Below are positions 39,525-53,835 of a stretch of 64,000 nt of DNA, in pieces. A program made the position numbers and the translations under genes. Origin of the DNA: Mytilus californianus (Eukaryota); contig NW_026262723.1 of assembly GCF_021869535.1 (NCBI RefSeq), positions 73,222,001-73,286,000 of the forward strand. The letters run 5' to 3'. Under the pieces are notes generated by a model. That model was not told the origin of the DNA, did no database searches, and was given only the letters and a program-made list of their open reading frames with translations. Position 1 is the first letter of the stretch; each line of letters starts with the position of its first letter.

Positions 39525-40297
39525 TTTATGCCCCCGCCGTAGCGGAGGGGGCATTAAGTTATACCCTTGTCCGTCTGTACAGTATGTACGTCCGTCCGTA
39601 CGTAGGTCCCAAAGTTGGTTTCCGTTCTCTAACTTTAGTTTGCCTCAATCAAATGTTATGAAACTTGTACACAATACTTAATACCACAAAACGCAGATCA
39701 AGTTTGAATTTTGGTGGCGTTACTTAAACCGTTCTAGAGTTATGCTCCTTTACAAATGGAAAAATTGCTGAATTTTTCGTTTCCGTTCTCTAACTTTAGT
39801 TTGCCTCAACCAAATGCTATGAAACTTATACACAATGCTTATAACCACGAAACACAGATCAAGTTTGAATTTTGGTGGCGTTACTTAAACCGTTCTAGAG
39901 TAATTCCCCTTTACAAATGGAAAAATTGCTGAATTTTTTGTTTCCGTTCTCTAACTTTAGTTTGCCTCAACCAAATGCTATGAAACTTATACACAATGCT
40001 TATAACCACAAAATACAGATCAAGTTTGAATTTTGGTGGTGTCACTTTTATTGTTCTAGAGTTATGTCCCTAAACAAATGGAAAAAAATTGCTGAATTTT
40101 TTGTTTCCGTTCTCTAACTTAAGTTTGCCTCAACCAAATTTTATGAAACTTATACACAATACTTATTACCACAAAATTCAGATCAAGTACAAATTTGGGT
40201 AGTGTCACTTTTACTGTTCCTCAGTTATGTCCCTTTATAACTTTATATGATATGCAAGCGGGGGCATCAACTGTGTCCCATGGACACATTCCCTATT
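39525..40297 (+). mobile_element. Helentron-type element with ~162-bp internal tandem units
   Basis: Subterminal atgcccccg/cgggggcat, GTCC microsatellite, tttccgttctctaac repeated four times, 3' hairpin tgtgtcccatggacaca. Confidence 0.8.
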
Positions 40298-40538
40298 TTT
40301 TTTCTATATGGAGTGGACTCTGACGTCCCACTACCCTGCAACAAGTCCTAGATAAGGCTGTCAGAGCTGGATGAAAATTACTAAATTGATACAAAAAATT
40401 TAAGAAATTATTGTTAATAATATTGGTAGTAAATAGATGGTAAGCAATGAAACTTTTTCTATCTTAGTTTTAAACCATTACTTGAAAAAATTGAATACTT
40501 TTCTTGTCAGCAATCTGTATATTTTTCAGTGCATTGTA

Positions 40539-42830
40539 TTTTTAGCTCACCTGACCTGAAAGGTCAAGTGAGCTTTTCTCATCACTTTGCGTCCGTCGTC
40601 CGTAAACTTTTACAAAAATCTTCTCCTCTGAAACTACTGGGCCAAATTTAACCAAACTTGGCCACAATCATCATTGGGGTATCTAGTTTTAAAAATGTGT
40701 GGCGTGACCCGGTCAACCAACCAAGATGGCCGCCACGGCTAAAAATAGAACATAGGGGTAAAATGCAGTTTTTAGCTTATAACTCAAAAACCAAAGCATT
40801 AAGAGCAAATCTGACCTGGGGTAAAATTGTTCATCAGGTCAAGATCTATCTGCCCTGAAATTTTCAGATGAATCGGACAACCCGTTATTGGGTTGCTGCC
40901 CCTGAATTGGTAATTTTAAGGAAATTTTGCTGTTTTTGGTTATTATCTTGAATATTATTATAGATAGAGATAAACTGTAAACAGCAATAATGTTCAGCAA
41001 AGTAAGATTTACAAATAAGTCAATATAACCGAAATGGTCAGTTGACCCCTTTAGGAGTAATTGCCCTTTATAGTCAATTTTTAACCATTTTTCGTAAATC
41101 TTAGTAATCTTTTACAAAAATCTTCTCCTCTGAAACAACTGGGCCAAATTAAACCAAACTTGGCCACAATCATCATTGGGGTATCTAGTTTAAAAAATGT
41201 GTGGCGTGACCCGGCCAACCAACCAAGATGGCGGCCACAGCTAAAAATAAAACATAGGGGTAAAATGCAGTTTTTGGCTTATAACTCAAAAACCAAAGCA
41301 TTTAGAGCAAATCTGACATGAAGTAAAATTGTTTATCAGGTCAAGGTCTATCTGCCCTGAAATTTTCAGATGAATCGAACAACCTGTTGTTGGGTTGCTG
41401 CCCCTGAATTGGTAATTTTAAGGAAATTTTGCTGTTTTTGGTTATTATCTTGAATATTATTATAGATAGAGATAAACTGTAAACAGCAATAATGTTCAGC
41501 AAAGTAAGATCAACAAATAAGTCAACATGACTGAAATGGTCAGTTGACCCCTTTAGGAGTTATTGCCCTTTATACCGGTAGTCAATTTTTAACAATTTTT
41601 CGTAAATCTTAGTAATCTTTTACAAAAATCTTCTCCTCTGAAACTCCGTGGCCAAATTAAACCAAACTTGGCCACAATCATCATTTGGTTATCTAGTTTT
41701 AAAAATGTGTGGCGTGACCTGGTCAACCAACCAAGATGGCCGCCACGGCTAAAAATAGAACATAGGGGTAAAATTCAGTTTTTGGCTTTTAACTCAAAAA
41801 CCAAAGCATTTAAAGCAAATCTGACATGAAGTAAAATTGTTTATCAGGTCAAGATCTATCTGCCCTGAAATTTTCAGATGAATCGGACAACCCGTTATTG
41901 GGTTGCTGCCCCTGAATTGGTAATTTTAAGGAAATTTTGCTGTTTTTGGTTATTATCTTGAATATTATTATAGATAGAGATAAACTGTAAACAGCAATAA
42001 TGTTCAGCAAAGTAAGATTTACAAATAAGTCAATATAACCGAAATGGTCAGTTGACCCCTTTAGGAGTAATTGCCCTTTATAGTCAATTTTTAACCATTT
42101 TTCGTAAATCTTAGTAATCTTTTACAAAAATCTTCTCCTCTGAAACAACTGGGCCAAATTAAACCAAACTTGGCCACAATCATCATTTGGTTATCTAGTT
42201 TTGAAAATGTGTGGCGTGACCTGGTCAACCAACCAAGATGGCCGCCACGCCTAAAAATAGAACATAGGGGTAAAATTCAGTTTTTGGCTTTTAACTCAAA
42301 AACCAAAGCATTTAAAGCAAATCTGACATGAAGTAAAATTGTTTATCAGGTCAAGATCTATCTGCCCTGAAATTTTCAGATGAATCGGACAACCCGTTGT
42401 TGGGTTGCTGCCCCTGAATTGGTAATTTTAAGGTGATTTTGCTGTTTTTGGTTATTATCTTGAATATTATTATAGATAGAGATAAACTGTAAAAAACAAT
42501 AAATGTCGGCAAAGTAAGATCTACAAATAAGTCAACATGACCGAAATTGTCAGTTGACCCCTTTAGGAGTTATTGCCCTTTATAGTCAATTTTTAACCAT
42601 TTTTTCGTAAATCTTAGTAATCTTTTACAAAAATCTTCTCCTCTGAAACTACTGGGCCAAGTTAATTATAGATAGAGATAATTGTAAGCAGGAAAAATGT
42701 TCAGTAAATTAAGATGTACAAACACATCACCATCACCAAAACACAATTTTGTCATGAATCCATCTGCGTCCTTTGTTTAATATTCACATAGACCAAGGTG
42801 AGCGACACAGGCTCTTTAGAGCCTCTAGTT
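40539..42830 (+). mobile_element. Helentron-type element with ~505-bp internal tandem units (4 full and one partial)
   Basis: 5' ttttagctcacc...gtgagc, GTCC microsatellite, aaatcttctcctctgaaac at ~40617, 41118, 41627, 42128 and 42631; 3' ggtgagc then hairpin aggctctttagagcct and a T-run. Confidence 0.85.
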
Positions 42831-43334
42831 TTTTTTTGTATTATATATCGCCAGGTATTTTTAAAATTCTTTGTATACATGTATGATCATACATGTTATT
42901 TACCTTTAACAGTCAGTGAATTATTATCTTGTTTCTATATTTTCATAATAACATTTTTTTCAGGTGTAGCAGACGTTTGTAATTATTTGATGATATGGTT
43001 GAAAGTGTATATTGATTAGTTTGTGTAGGATATTTTGTAAGTGCAGTTGCAATATTTGTACAAGAGTATACATTATTTATTTATGTAAAATATGATGCAG
43101 TATGTATTTATAAGGTATAGTATGTTGTATTGAGTGGTTGCAAACTTTTTTTGGAAAATTTGTGAAATAAAACATTAAAAATCTAATGAAGTTATACTTT
43201 GTGAAACTTCTTTTGTGGTTTTATGCTTTGAGAGAGGTTGTTGGTTTTATCCCATATATTAAGGAATAAGAGCAGAAACTGCTTGGCCCTGAGTTAGGAC
43301 ATGTCTAGGTAAGATTTGAGACTGAACAAAGGGC

Positions 43335-43453
43335 CACAGATTTGAGAGTCATGACTTCACTTGACACAGATAGTACACACATCTGAGGAAAGGACACAGA
43401 TTTGAGTGTCATGACATCACTTGACACAGATAGAACAAACATCTGAGGAAAGG
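43335..43453. repeat. 60-bp direct duplication
   Basis: cacagatttgag.gtcatgac.tcacttgacacagatag.aca.acatctgaggaaagg at 43335 and 43395. Confidence 0.9.
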
Positions 43454-43842
43454 TGACATATTTGCATACCTGCCAACCTTTTGAAAACTCCATGGGGGGT
43501 TTAGTGTGGGACAACAATTTCAAAGGTTACAATATTGCGGCGTTTTTTACTGTGCGCTCTTTTGTTCTCTAGAAAAAGTGTCATATTTCTTTATATGGTT
43601 TACTGATGATGAGCTAATAAGTCCTTTTCTTATTTTTTATTCACATGATTCTAGTACTTATATTATTGTGTAGAAAAGATGAACATGTAGCTAGAATACT
43701 AAGAAATATTTTCTGTTGTAGGAATATTTAAAGTGACTGTTGACTTTTACAATTTGAAAAAAATGGACAAAGGACATTTATCTGATTCCATGGCAACACT
43801 GTATGGTCTGTTACAATAAGTGTAATGTCCATAAGCTACTAG

Positions 43843-45137
43843 TTATGATACAACCGCAAAAAAATTTTGCGGTCATATATTGTTATGACGTTGTGGTTCG
43901 GCGTCGTCCGAAGACACATTGGTTTTCGCACTCTAACTTTAGGTTAAGTGAATGGATCTCTATGAAATTTTACCATAAGGTTCAATACCACAAAAGGAAG
44001 GTTGGGATTGATTTTTGGGGTTATGGTACCAACAGTTGAGGAATTAGGGGCCAAAAATAAGCATTTTTGTAACTTCCAGACATAACTTGTGTGTTAGTGT
44101 ATGGATCTCTCTGACATTGTACCACAAGGTTCCATATCACAAAGGGAATGCTGGGATTGATTTTGTGGGTAATTGCCTCGAAATTTTAGGAATAAGGGGC
44201 AAAAAAAGGGGCAAAAAACAAGCATTTTTCTAGTTTCATGACAATATCTTGTGTGTAAGTGTATGGATCTTTCTGAAATTGTACTACAAGGTTCCATATC
44301 ACAAAGGGAAAGCTGGAATTGAGTTTGGGGGTAATTGCCCGAAACGTTTAGGAATAAGGGGCCAAAAATAAGCATTTTTCTAGTTTCCAGAGAATAACTT
44401 GTGTTCAAGTGTATGGATCTCTCTGAAATTGTACTGCAAGGTACCATACCACAAATGGAAGGCTGGGATTGATTTTGGGGTAATTGCCTCAAAATTTTAG
44501 GAATTGGGGGCCAAAAAGGGGCAAAAAACAAGCATTTTTCTAGTTTCCGGACAATAACTTGTGTGTAAGTGTATGGATCTTTATGAAATTGTACTACAAG
44601 GTTCCATATCACAAAGGGAAAGCTGGGTTTGAGTTTGGGGGTAATTGCCCTAAACGTTTAGGAATTTGGTGCCAAAAAGGGGCCAAAAAACAAGCATTTT
44701 TCTAGTTTCCAGACAATAACTTGTGTTCAAGTGTATGGATCTCTCTGAAATTGTACTGCAAGGTACCATACCACAAAGGGAAGGCTGGATTGAGTTTGGG
44801 GGTGATGAATCATAAGGGGGTTCCAAATAATTTGGGGGGGGGGGGGATTTTTTTCCCCCATTTTTTTCTTTAAAATTTTCCATTTTAAATTAGTTATTTC
44901 TGATTTATATATAAAAGCAAATAATAATGATATGGTTTGAATAGGTAAATCAAAAAATTTTAAGTTCTTAGACCACATTCATTCTGTGTCAGAAACCTAT
45001 ATGCTGTGTCAAATATTTAATCACAATCCAAATTCAGTGCTGTGTCAAGCTTGAATGTTGTGTCCAAACTTGCCCCAACTGTTCAGGGTTCGACCTCTGC
45101 GGTCGTATCAAGCTGCTCCCAGCGGAGCATTTTATTA
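43843..45137 (+). mobile_element. Helentron-type non-autonomous element, copy C (inverted relative to copies A and B)
   Basis: Reverse complement of the 14705-15989 element, including its unique non-repetitive arm; internal ~160-bp array; 3' hairpin tgctcccagcggagca followed by TTTT. Confidence 0.8.
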
Positions 45138-45190
45138 TGTATATGATAGCACTGCATCTTTAAATTTTGTCAATCAGCCATGCTTTTCTT

Positions 45191-45499
45191 GAGGGTATGA
45201 ATGCCTTTTACCGTCAGGCATCAAACGGTCTTTTTCGGCTACCGTTAGCGTCAAATTGGTTAAAATTTTACCGTGATTCGTCAAAATGTCATTAATTGTG
45301 ATTCGTCAGAGGTCTCAAATAATTATCGTTACCGTTATTTTTGGAAAAAATTTAACGTGATTCGTCAAAATCAGTCGATTTTTTTATCGTCTAAAAGAAA
45401 GTGTACATTTTATCGTCATGCACCAAAAATTACCGTTAACGTCATTTGGCAAGAATGTTTACCGTTATTCGTCATGAAGGTACCCCCATTACGACCCTC
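45191..45499. mobile_element. MITE-like element
   Basis: Imperfect termini gagggtatgaatg / cattacgaccctc; CpG-rich interior with repeated accgt and ttcgtca motifs. Confidence 0.55.
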
Positions 45500-47515
45500 T
45501 TTCTTCTGACAGGTAAACAACACATTGAACAAGTGTCTACTTTAAATGGTAAGCTTTTAACTGTCTCAAATCTTTACAAAATGTTGAATCTGAAGACATG
45601 ATAAAACTGACAAACACTGACTTGTCAATACCTGCCTAAACATGTGGTGTTCAATTATTTCATGTTCACATGATTTTGTATAATAGCAATTAGAATTATG
45701 TAATTATTAATTAAACCCAAATTAAAACATTAACGGAACACAAGCCAATCTGTAAAGACGGTCCTCGCAAATATATTATTTATCTTTTATTTACAGGTGC
45801 AACAATAAAGATAATTATATTAATTTAATAACTAATTTAATTACCAGGATTACTAAATGTTTTATGTAATGATTAAGATTATTTAATTACTAGTATCACT
45901 ACATAAAATTTTCGGCAACAAATGAAATTAGAAGTCGGGTTAAAGCGAGTAATTAAACACAATGACAGAGACATATACACACATGAAAAACTATATACTA
46001 TGTACTATACATGTCTCTGACAATGGTAATGAAATATGGAAAGTAAGGAACCAGTTACCTTGTTAGTAGTTGTATGTGATATGGAAGTATTATATTGCCG
46101 TACGGTTGCCCACAATTGCTTACATCCACTTCATTTGAACTTTGGTGGATAGTTGTCTCATTATCTCCTTATTTTTATATATTACTTCCATGGTCATATG
46201 TATTTCGTTATTTGGAGAATCGGGTGTTAATGACAAATCTTTCATTGTTTCTCTTAAATTTAATCACAACTTTATAGACTCGTGATGATAAAGAGATATA
46301 CATATATATTGCATACACACCTGTCTAATGTTGAACCCTGAATGTTGGTCTCAAAATGTCTTTTGGTTTATTTTTGTCATTTGGTGGCTGTCCGTTGACG
46401 TATTCACCCAAATCTCTTTTAAATCATATGTTAAAACGTAGCTTGCTATGCTGTATGGGTATTTCTCATTGCTGAAGGCCGTACGGTGACATAGTTTCAA
46501 GTAACTTTTACGTCATTTGGTCTCTGGTGGAGAGTTGTCTCATTGGAAATCATACTACAACTTATTTTTATATCAATATAACATTATATTCATAAATTAT
46601 ATGTTATTTTGGGTCCCAGTTTCCAAAACCGACGTCTTCGACATGGACAACAGTGACACAAGACAACAGAAGTGCACATTATGCGTGTCGCTACAAATTC
46701 TCATTTACATGTTAGGTCCAACATAAATAAAAGATAATCGTGATGTTAAAAATAACTTTGTTATAACCTGGATGACTTCCTAGCGAATTGATGTTATAAA
46801 ATGTTAAAGTCACTCAGTCATGAAATAAAGACTTCGGGAACTGATATGTTGCCACGGAATGGAGTACGAGGGTAATATACACTTACTATACCGATTTCAG
46901 AGCGCAAGACTTGTAAGAGATAACCTGTGACGTTTTTTATTTAAATCTTGTGAAATATAGAGATACCATTACATGAAAAACTTTACGACAGACAAGGGTA
47001 CGCAGGTCGACAATCCACTACTTCATTTGTGGTAATAACCCTCTCAAGATCGTATATTTGATTTATGCAAACTGTCCTGTTTATTTCTAAATGTAATACT
47101 TAACTCACATTACCGATATTTGTATTTACATTTGTAAATATGAAAAAAAATATTATTAATTCAACAATAAAAATATTAATAAGCTTTCAAATGGCCCGCT
47201 GAGACATTGTCGGTTTTTTTCAATTGTCTATTCTTTATAACCATTATATGTAGTTGAATGAGAATTTCGATTATAAATTAACATGTATTTTTTGTTTATC
47301 CAATTCTCCATTAACAAAGTGCTAAAAGAACAATAATTGATATACATCGGTTATATTTATTGAAAAACTTCAATTGATTTACCTGTGTTGGGTTTAAATA
47401 CCTATATACTATTTCACGGTTTCACGGTACTCTGATTATACCTACCTATTCAACAGTAGACTTGAAACTTTAAGTTAATTCGTAGTATTCTGAGATAAGT
47501 TCAGACCAGGATGTT

Positions 47516-47597
47516 ATGAAGTTGATCATGACGGAACATTACATTTTAAAATTGTGTTTTTTATGTCTCGGATTATTACAGTATGGATCATCTGAAA
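47516..47597 (+). CDS. Candidate first coding exon (signal peptide) of the Hedge/M15-fold gene
   Basis: MKLIMTEHYILKLCFLCLGLLQYGSSE (alternative ATG at 47528) has a hydrophobic core and small residues before a cleavage point, then a strong donor a|gtaagt in phase 1, matching the phase-1 acceptor at 56066. The link across 8.5 kb is inferred. Confidence 0.55.
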
Positions 47598-50500
47598 GTA
47601 AGTAAACTATTTAATGTACTAAATAATTCATTTTGGGGTAAACTCGAGGAAGTATATTCTGTAACTCCTGTCTTGAGTTGTTCTATACAGAGACATATAT
47701 ATACAAATATCTGTCTCTGTTATGTACAATTAAAAGATATAAGATATTAGATATGTGGGTTTGTTCCTTTATACGATATTTTGGTTGCCACATACCAATC
47801 AGATGCAATATTGTAGTGTGGAGATGTAAGTGTTTATAAGAATAAAAATAGATCACCAAGCATCATATCAAAATACACTATTTTGAGAACATATTTCCTG
47901 TTGTGTCACAGTGATATTTTGATCGCATGTACATAGGCAACTTGTCAGTAAGATTTATATTCACAAAGCTTCTAGTGAATGGATTTATTCAATTATTTTA
48001 GCTGTGTTCTACGATATTTCGGTATTCTAGGAACCAAATATCTTATAGTTCAACATTTATTTGTTTGTTGTGGTATTCAAAGCACGGCTTTAAATAGATT
48101 GTCTAAAAAGCATTATAAATAATACGCAATCATGATTCATAAAGTATTTCTAAAGAAGAAAAAAATGGATTTATCATGAACAAGGAACACACAAATATAC
48201 CTGATCCACTTTGTTAATATTTATTTTAGTGTTAATCTGGGGAAAAAAAACATGTTGGGACAGACATACCAAATAAAACAACATGACATAAAAATCTGAA
48301 ACTAAACTATGCACTCGAGGTTCAGATAAATCATATAATAAGCCTATTGTTTCATAATAAAGCTTTATCAACATTTAAACCAAATCTAATAAACAAAAGA
48401 TGAACCACCGAGAAAAGGGAAGAACGCATTTCCCGTACATAATCCACATGTTAGCCTTGTGTATAACTCTAGGTTATTCGACGGAAAACGTCTATCTAAA
48501 AGTTTTTGAATATTTATGAATAATTTGTGAAGATTTTTTCTTTAGATTATTTCAGACTTTTTAATATCGAAATTCTGTGTTATGTAAGGTATCTCACTTC
48601 TGTTGTACTAAATAATTCAGTATACTAAATGACTGACAATTGCTAATAATCTATTTAATTGTTTTGATTACACGATTTGGGTAAAACAAAACAAAACATA
48701 GGTCCCACGAATTTATTTCACATGGCTGCCTTTTACAATAAGTCTTTCGATCCTTGCTGAAATAATAACACTTCATATGACCAAATAATATATGCGTATA
48801 AAAGTAGCTCAAAACTACAATTTTGATACAGATATAGCCCGGTAAAATGGCGTTCCGGCTAAATGGAAATCAAGAAGGAATATTTCGCTCCTTAAACTTT
48901 TATTTTAGCAGTCCGGCAAGACCGAACAACAAACTCCAAACCAAATGTAAAGTAACATACAAACAATAACATTAAACCATTGTGGTGACGTCAGCCTATT
49001 CATTTACCGTGGATTCTTTTTCTAGAATCAACGCTTCCTAAATCTGCCGCTGAAATTGACTCACCAAATTATATTCAATTGTTTCCTTTGTGTGCCTAAT
49101 TTCATTAAGTTTGAATTGGCTAATTTACTGATTTCTGTTCACTAATGGAATTAATTTAAAAACTTACCTTTAATTTTTGTAATTTTTATATGCCTTCACT
49201 GGGAATCGAACCCTTCCTTGAAATCTGTTATGTGTGACTGACATCAAAAATATAACACTTCTACCTTTAAAGATGTTCATATTACCAGGCATATGAATAT
49301 TATCTGTTTATAAAAAATAAGACATATTCGAAATTATTTCTAATAAAATTGAGTAACCTTATTCAATCTTTATTATCTTCCCCAAAATTGACTGTGTTTT
49401 AGATATAATTGTAGAAACCTTAAACTCCCAAAAGAAAAAAATATCCGAATTTTCAAACATGATCAAGATTTGATCAGAATTAATATTTCTTTTACCTTAA
49501 TAAAGTGTTATTTATAACGACACGGGTCATCATCATCGTCATCAAAACCTACGTCGTCATCACAAAAAATAATGTTTCACTCTTTTTATTTCTTTCTTTA
49601 TCTCTTCTTCACTTATAATTTGTATCATATCCTATAAATTGTTCTCTTAACATACATACATTTTCATGTTATATATATAATTGTTATAATGTTATATTGT
49701 ATTACGGAAAAGACCTCTTAAATACGCGTTTTTTTTTTGTGTCTAATTCATTTTGATTAGTATGTTATTGGAATGAAAATAGTCTAAAAGTTAAATCACA
49801 AGATACAAACATATTTCCTTCATGTCCTTGACAGTGAAAAATTAAAGTACAGGTATTTAAACACTCACAAGAGTATCCATGGCACCTTTCTGACAACAAC
49901 AAAAACCCGAAACAAATTAAAAAAAACAACAAAAACAACCATAATTCGATTTAGCAAATGAAAGGTCTTATTACGTACAGTAAAAGCAAGAAAAACAACT
50001 AAGATCAACTTAAATACGTGTCTATTTAATCCATCGACTTGTCCTCGTAAATGGTGCTTGATATACATGCTTTTCTCTAAACTTTAATCAATTTTTAGTA
50101 ATAAGTGATACTTTTATGATTTTAAAAACACGAGTACCCGAAAACCAGGATGGTTAATCACGTCATATCTAGGGCTAGTTTAGTTCGCAGGTCATGTATC
50201 AATAATTTATTGATAATTCAGCCTTGACAAAATTTAAAACATACAGTTACAGTCGAATAAACCGCTATTCAATTTCATGTTTCACTCATATTTTATAATA
50301 TTAGGTATTACCATCAACAATTTAAGTTGTTGGCTTCAATGATTATATAAACAAACTTTGTATATGTTTGTTATTGTGTGGGGAAACCCAAGTTCAACTC
50401 GGTAGGAGTCTGGGATTCCATTTGGTCAGATTAAAAACCAAATCAAAAAAAGTTTCAACTGATATGATCGTATACTGATTTTATTGAAAAACAATTACTA

Positions 50501-51276
50501 GAATATTATATACGATTTTTGATGAAAAATGCATGCGCTTCGAGTTGAAGCAAAGTTCAAAATATACCGCGATAGCCAAAGGCGATACATATAAAGTTGA
50601 AAAAGCTAAAAAGTAAAAAGGCTTAAAACTACCGCATGTAAAAGTTGTACAATGATCCTGCAAGAGTATTAGAAACAACCACAGACCAAGAAATCTCCCC
50701 CATACTATTGATTTTTTTTGCAAGGGTTAAAGGTAGCTCACTTTAGGTACAGTAATACCGAAACAATGACTTACTTTGTAGACTTCTGTGTATATATGCA
50801 TGTTTATTTGTTTGTTTGTGTGTTTGTTTTGAATGGTGCGTGCGTATTTTGTTTTGTTTTATTAAACAGATAATATCCTTATTATATCCATATAAAAAAA
50901 ACACCACTCATAACTGTTCAAATAATAGGTTTTGAAGGGAAATATATATAATTGACACTAGTTAGAAGAAGGGAAGATGATTTTTACAAGCCTTCTTCAA
51001 TGGATTTTATACGTGACAACCGCCTTTTCGAAGCTTTCTAAATATCCATTCTGTGGGATCTTGTACATTCTTTGAATACTTGGCTTTTGTGTTTACATAA
51101 GGGTCCAGTTATGCTTGAAAACCGTTTAATGGTTAGCAAGCATACCGTGAGCAGGTAAAAAAACTGAAAAATAAATGTGCATGTCTGTCCTGGAGAGGTG
51201 GTCTTTTGATGTATTTGTTAATATGAAGGTACCATTTCAAGATATAAACTTTTTATCACCACTCTGAAATGATGTT

Positions 51277-51530
51277 GGGGATCGCTTCGGTGCCCGAGTG
51301 GTTTAAGTAGTTCGTCTACTGTATCACTAGCCTGTCAACACTGAGGTTGTGAGTTCGAACCACGCACGTTCGACTCCTATCTTGATCGACCCGGATTGCC
51401 AATTTTCCTGTCGAATGTCTGTGGTTCTCGACGGGCACTCTGGCTTCCTCAACCAATAAAAACTGGCCGCCACGAAATAGCCAATAGTACTAAAAGTGGC
51501 GTTAAAAACTAAATAATTACTCAATCAATC
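51277..51530 (+). mobile_element. tRNA-derived SINE (V-domain-like core)
   Basis: A-box-like tgcccgagtggtttaag, B-box-like ggttgtgagttcgaacc, core gtggttctcgacgggcactctggcttcctc and tail tcaatcaatc. Confidence 0.75.
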
Positions 51531-53169
51531 ACACGATGTTGGCGAACATACAATAATCAAGAAAGATAGAAATTTTAAGTTCACCGATTGCAATTAACCT
51601 TTCAAAAATAACTTCATACAAGTCATGATATTCACAGAAAATTAAGAAATACCAGTTTTAGAGATTTAACATAAGATTTCCCTATAATTTATTTGCACTC
51701 TACTATTGTATATAGTTTTAAAATGACAGAAATGAATAAAACTGGGGATTAGATAAAAAAAAAAAATGTCGACTACAATAACCTACTGTATTTCACTTCA
51801 AAAGGAAGTTTGACTTGTAAGATATGATATGCAACGTAGATCAAATGATATATTTTTAAGTGACAAACCAATATGCTTACGATTTTGATCACTTGATTTG
51901 GGATTAACAAAGACAACATGATATTTGTAGTTCACTGTAAGATCTTCTTTGATGCTTATTTCTATTTGATACGTTGACTACATAGACTATATGTCGAACT
52001 AATAGGAAGATAAAATCTGTATTTATATTCCGGGTACTTTTTCTAAGAGAAATATATAAAGTCAACTTTACTGCGTTTAGAGCCAAACTGTAAGTTACGC
52101 ACGGGACCAAAATGATTATAAAATCTGCACGGTCCATGACCAACTTTGGCCGCATGGTGTAACACTTTCTTTAGAATATAGACCGTAGAATTATCTTCGT
52201 GTCTGGAAGTTTTTCATGATGACATGCGATAGTAATGAATCGACAGAAGTTTTCAATCTCTCATGCAATCATCACCATTTTCACCGTCGGTATACTGTTC
52301 TTCATCTGGTGAAAATAACAATTTATAAATTGCGAGCGTCTGAAGCGCTACACTGTCTTTTAATGTTATACGGTTTCTAATAAAGTGAATGACCAAGCAG
52401 ATGATCACTTTAAGAAGTTTCTCCTCGACGTTGGGTTTTCTTAAATTTTTCTTAGGTTCGCTCTTCTCTTCTAATGCAGCCTGATGTCACGCATGAGGTG
52501 GTAATGCCTGTTTGATACCTTTTCTTATATCTATATACCTTTTATAAAACAAAACCATATCGAATTATGGACAGACAAATCAAGTTATGCTGATAATTAA
52601 ACGTAGACAAGACCTTGAACTGTTGTCAGTGTCTTCAGAAAAAAGTGATGCCATGCATAGAATGATTCTTCTACCACAGTTTTTCCAGGCAGTCACCACT
52701 TTTGTATTGTGCTATCCCGAATAAGTTAAAGACAACACTAAACGAGAAAGAGAAAATTCTGCGAATCGCCAATTAAGCGTCTTTAAATAGCCACAAGATT
52801 TATAGTTTATATCAAACAGGTTAACATAGTAAAATTCAGCTGACGCAACCAAATCTATCTCGATCATGCCAGATGTCAACCGATAATTCAAGAGAGTTGA
52901 ACACAGTCAACCATCCAACAACATCAATGTAAAAAAAATGTATTTACCTTTACTGAGTGGCAATATACCTACTTCTGCTGCATACAGTGTTCATTTTTAA
53001 CTGTATAGCTTGTTACAACTAATGTGATTTCCTCAACAGAGCAACCTTGTGTCTGAGAAATCCAGTTTGCGTTATACTCAGACTGTGCTGTGAGGCCGCT
53101 GAGAAATTTACTAATTACCAAATGCCAATGGTTTTCATAGGACTGCAGTCATACTAGTCTAATTTTTAT

Positions 53170-53835
53170 CTTTCTTTTATCGAAATCAATTAACTACTGG
53201 CCGAATATGAAAGAAATACATGCTTTGACTGCTGACCATTAAGATAATGCTACAATAGAAACAACGAATTCTTTCCCATAAGAGCAGACGATAGATTTGA
53301 GTTCGTAGATTGCAAGCTTTTTTTTAACATTATTGTGATATTTTTATATCATGATATGTATATAATTATCTATGCATTAGTGTCGGTGTTTTGTTTGGTT
53401 TTGTCTGTAATGTTTTTCCAGATAGGTAGGAATCATTTTGGGCATTTGAGGCGAGCACGCTATATAAGTTGAGGAGGACAACTTGGCATGAAAACACTTT
53501 TCTATTTTTCTTTCATCGAAATCAATTCATTATTGGCCGAATAAAAAAAATGCCCTGTTTGCTTGGCATTAAGACAATACCACATGCGAAACAATAAATG
53601 CTTCCCCATAAGAGCGAGTAATATTTTCCACAGTTTTTATTAGCGTTCGTAATTCCAAGCTTTAGTTTTCAGTATTCTGAACTTTATTTCATATGCCTGA
53701 CACTATTTATGTACTAGTGTCGGTGTTCTGTTGGTTTATGTCTGTCTTATTTTTCCGGACAGGTATTAATTATTTGGGGCATTTGAGGCGAGCAAGCTAC
53801 TTAGTTTGAGGACAGCTTGGCACGAAGCATTGTTT
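53170..53835. repeat. Diverged ~338-bp tandem duplication
   Basis: tttct.t.atcgaaatcaatt...ttggccgaata...cccataagagc...tagtgtcggtgtt...gggcatttgaggcgagca...gaggaca.cttggca occurs at ~53170 and ~53508. Confidence 0.75.

Noticed and set aside
44094-44978. ORFs inside Helentron-type arrays (also 15223-15456, 31019-31255, 39917-40117, 40658-40858)
   Set aside because: Translations of tandem non-coding units with no Rep/helicase or transposase motifs.
51277-51365. tRNA gene
   Set aside because: A and B boxes are present but no complete cloverleaf; the sequence continues into a SINE core and tail.
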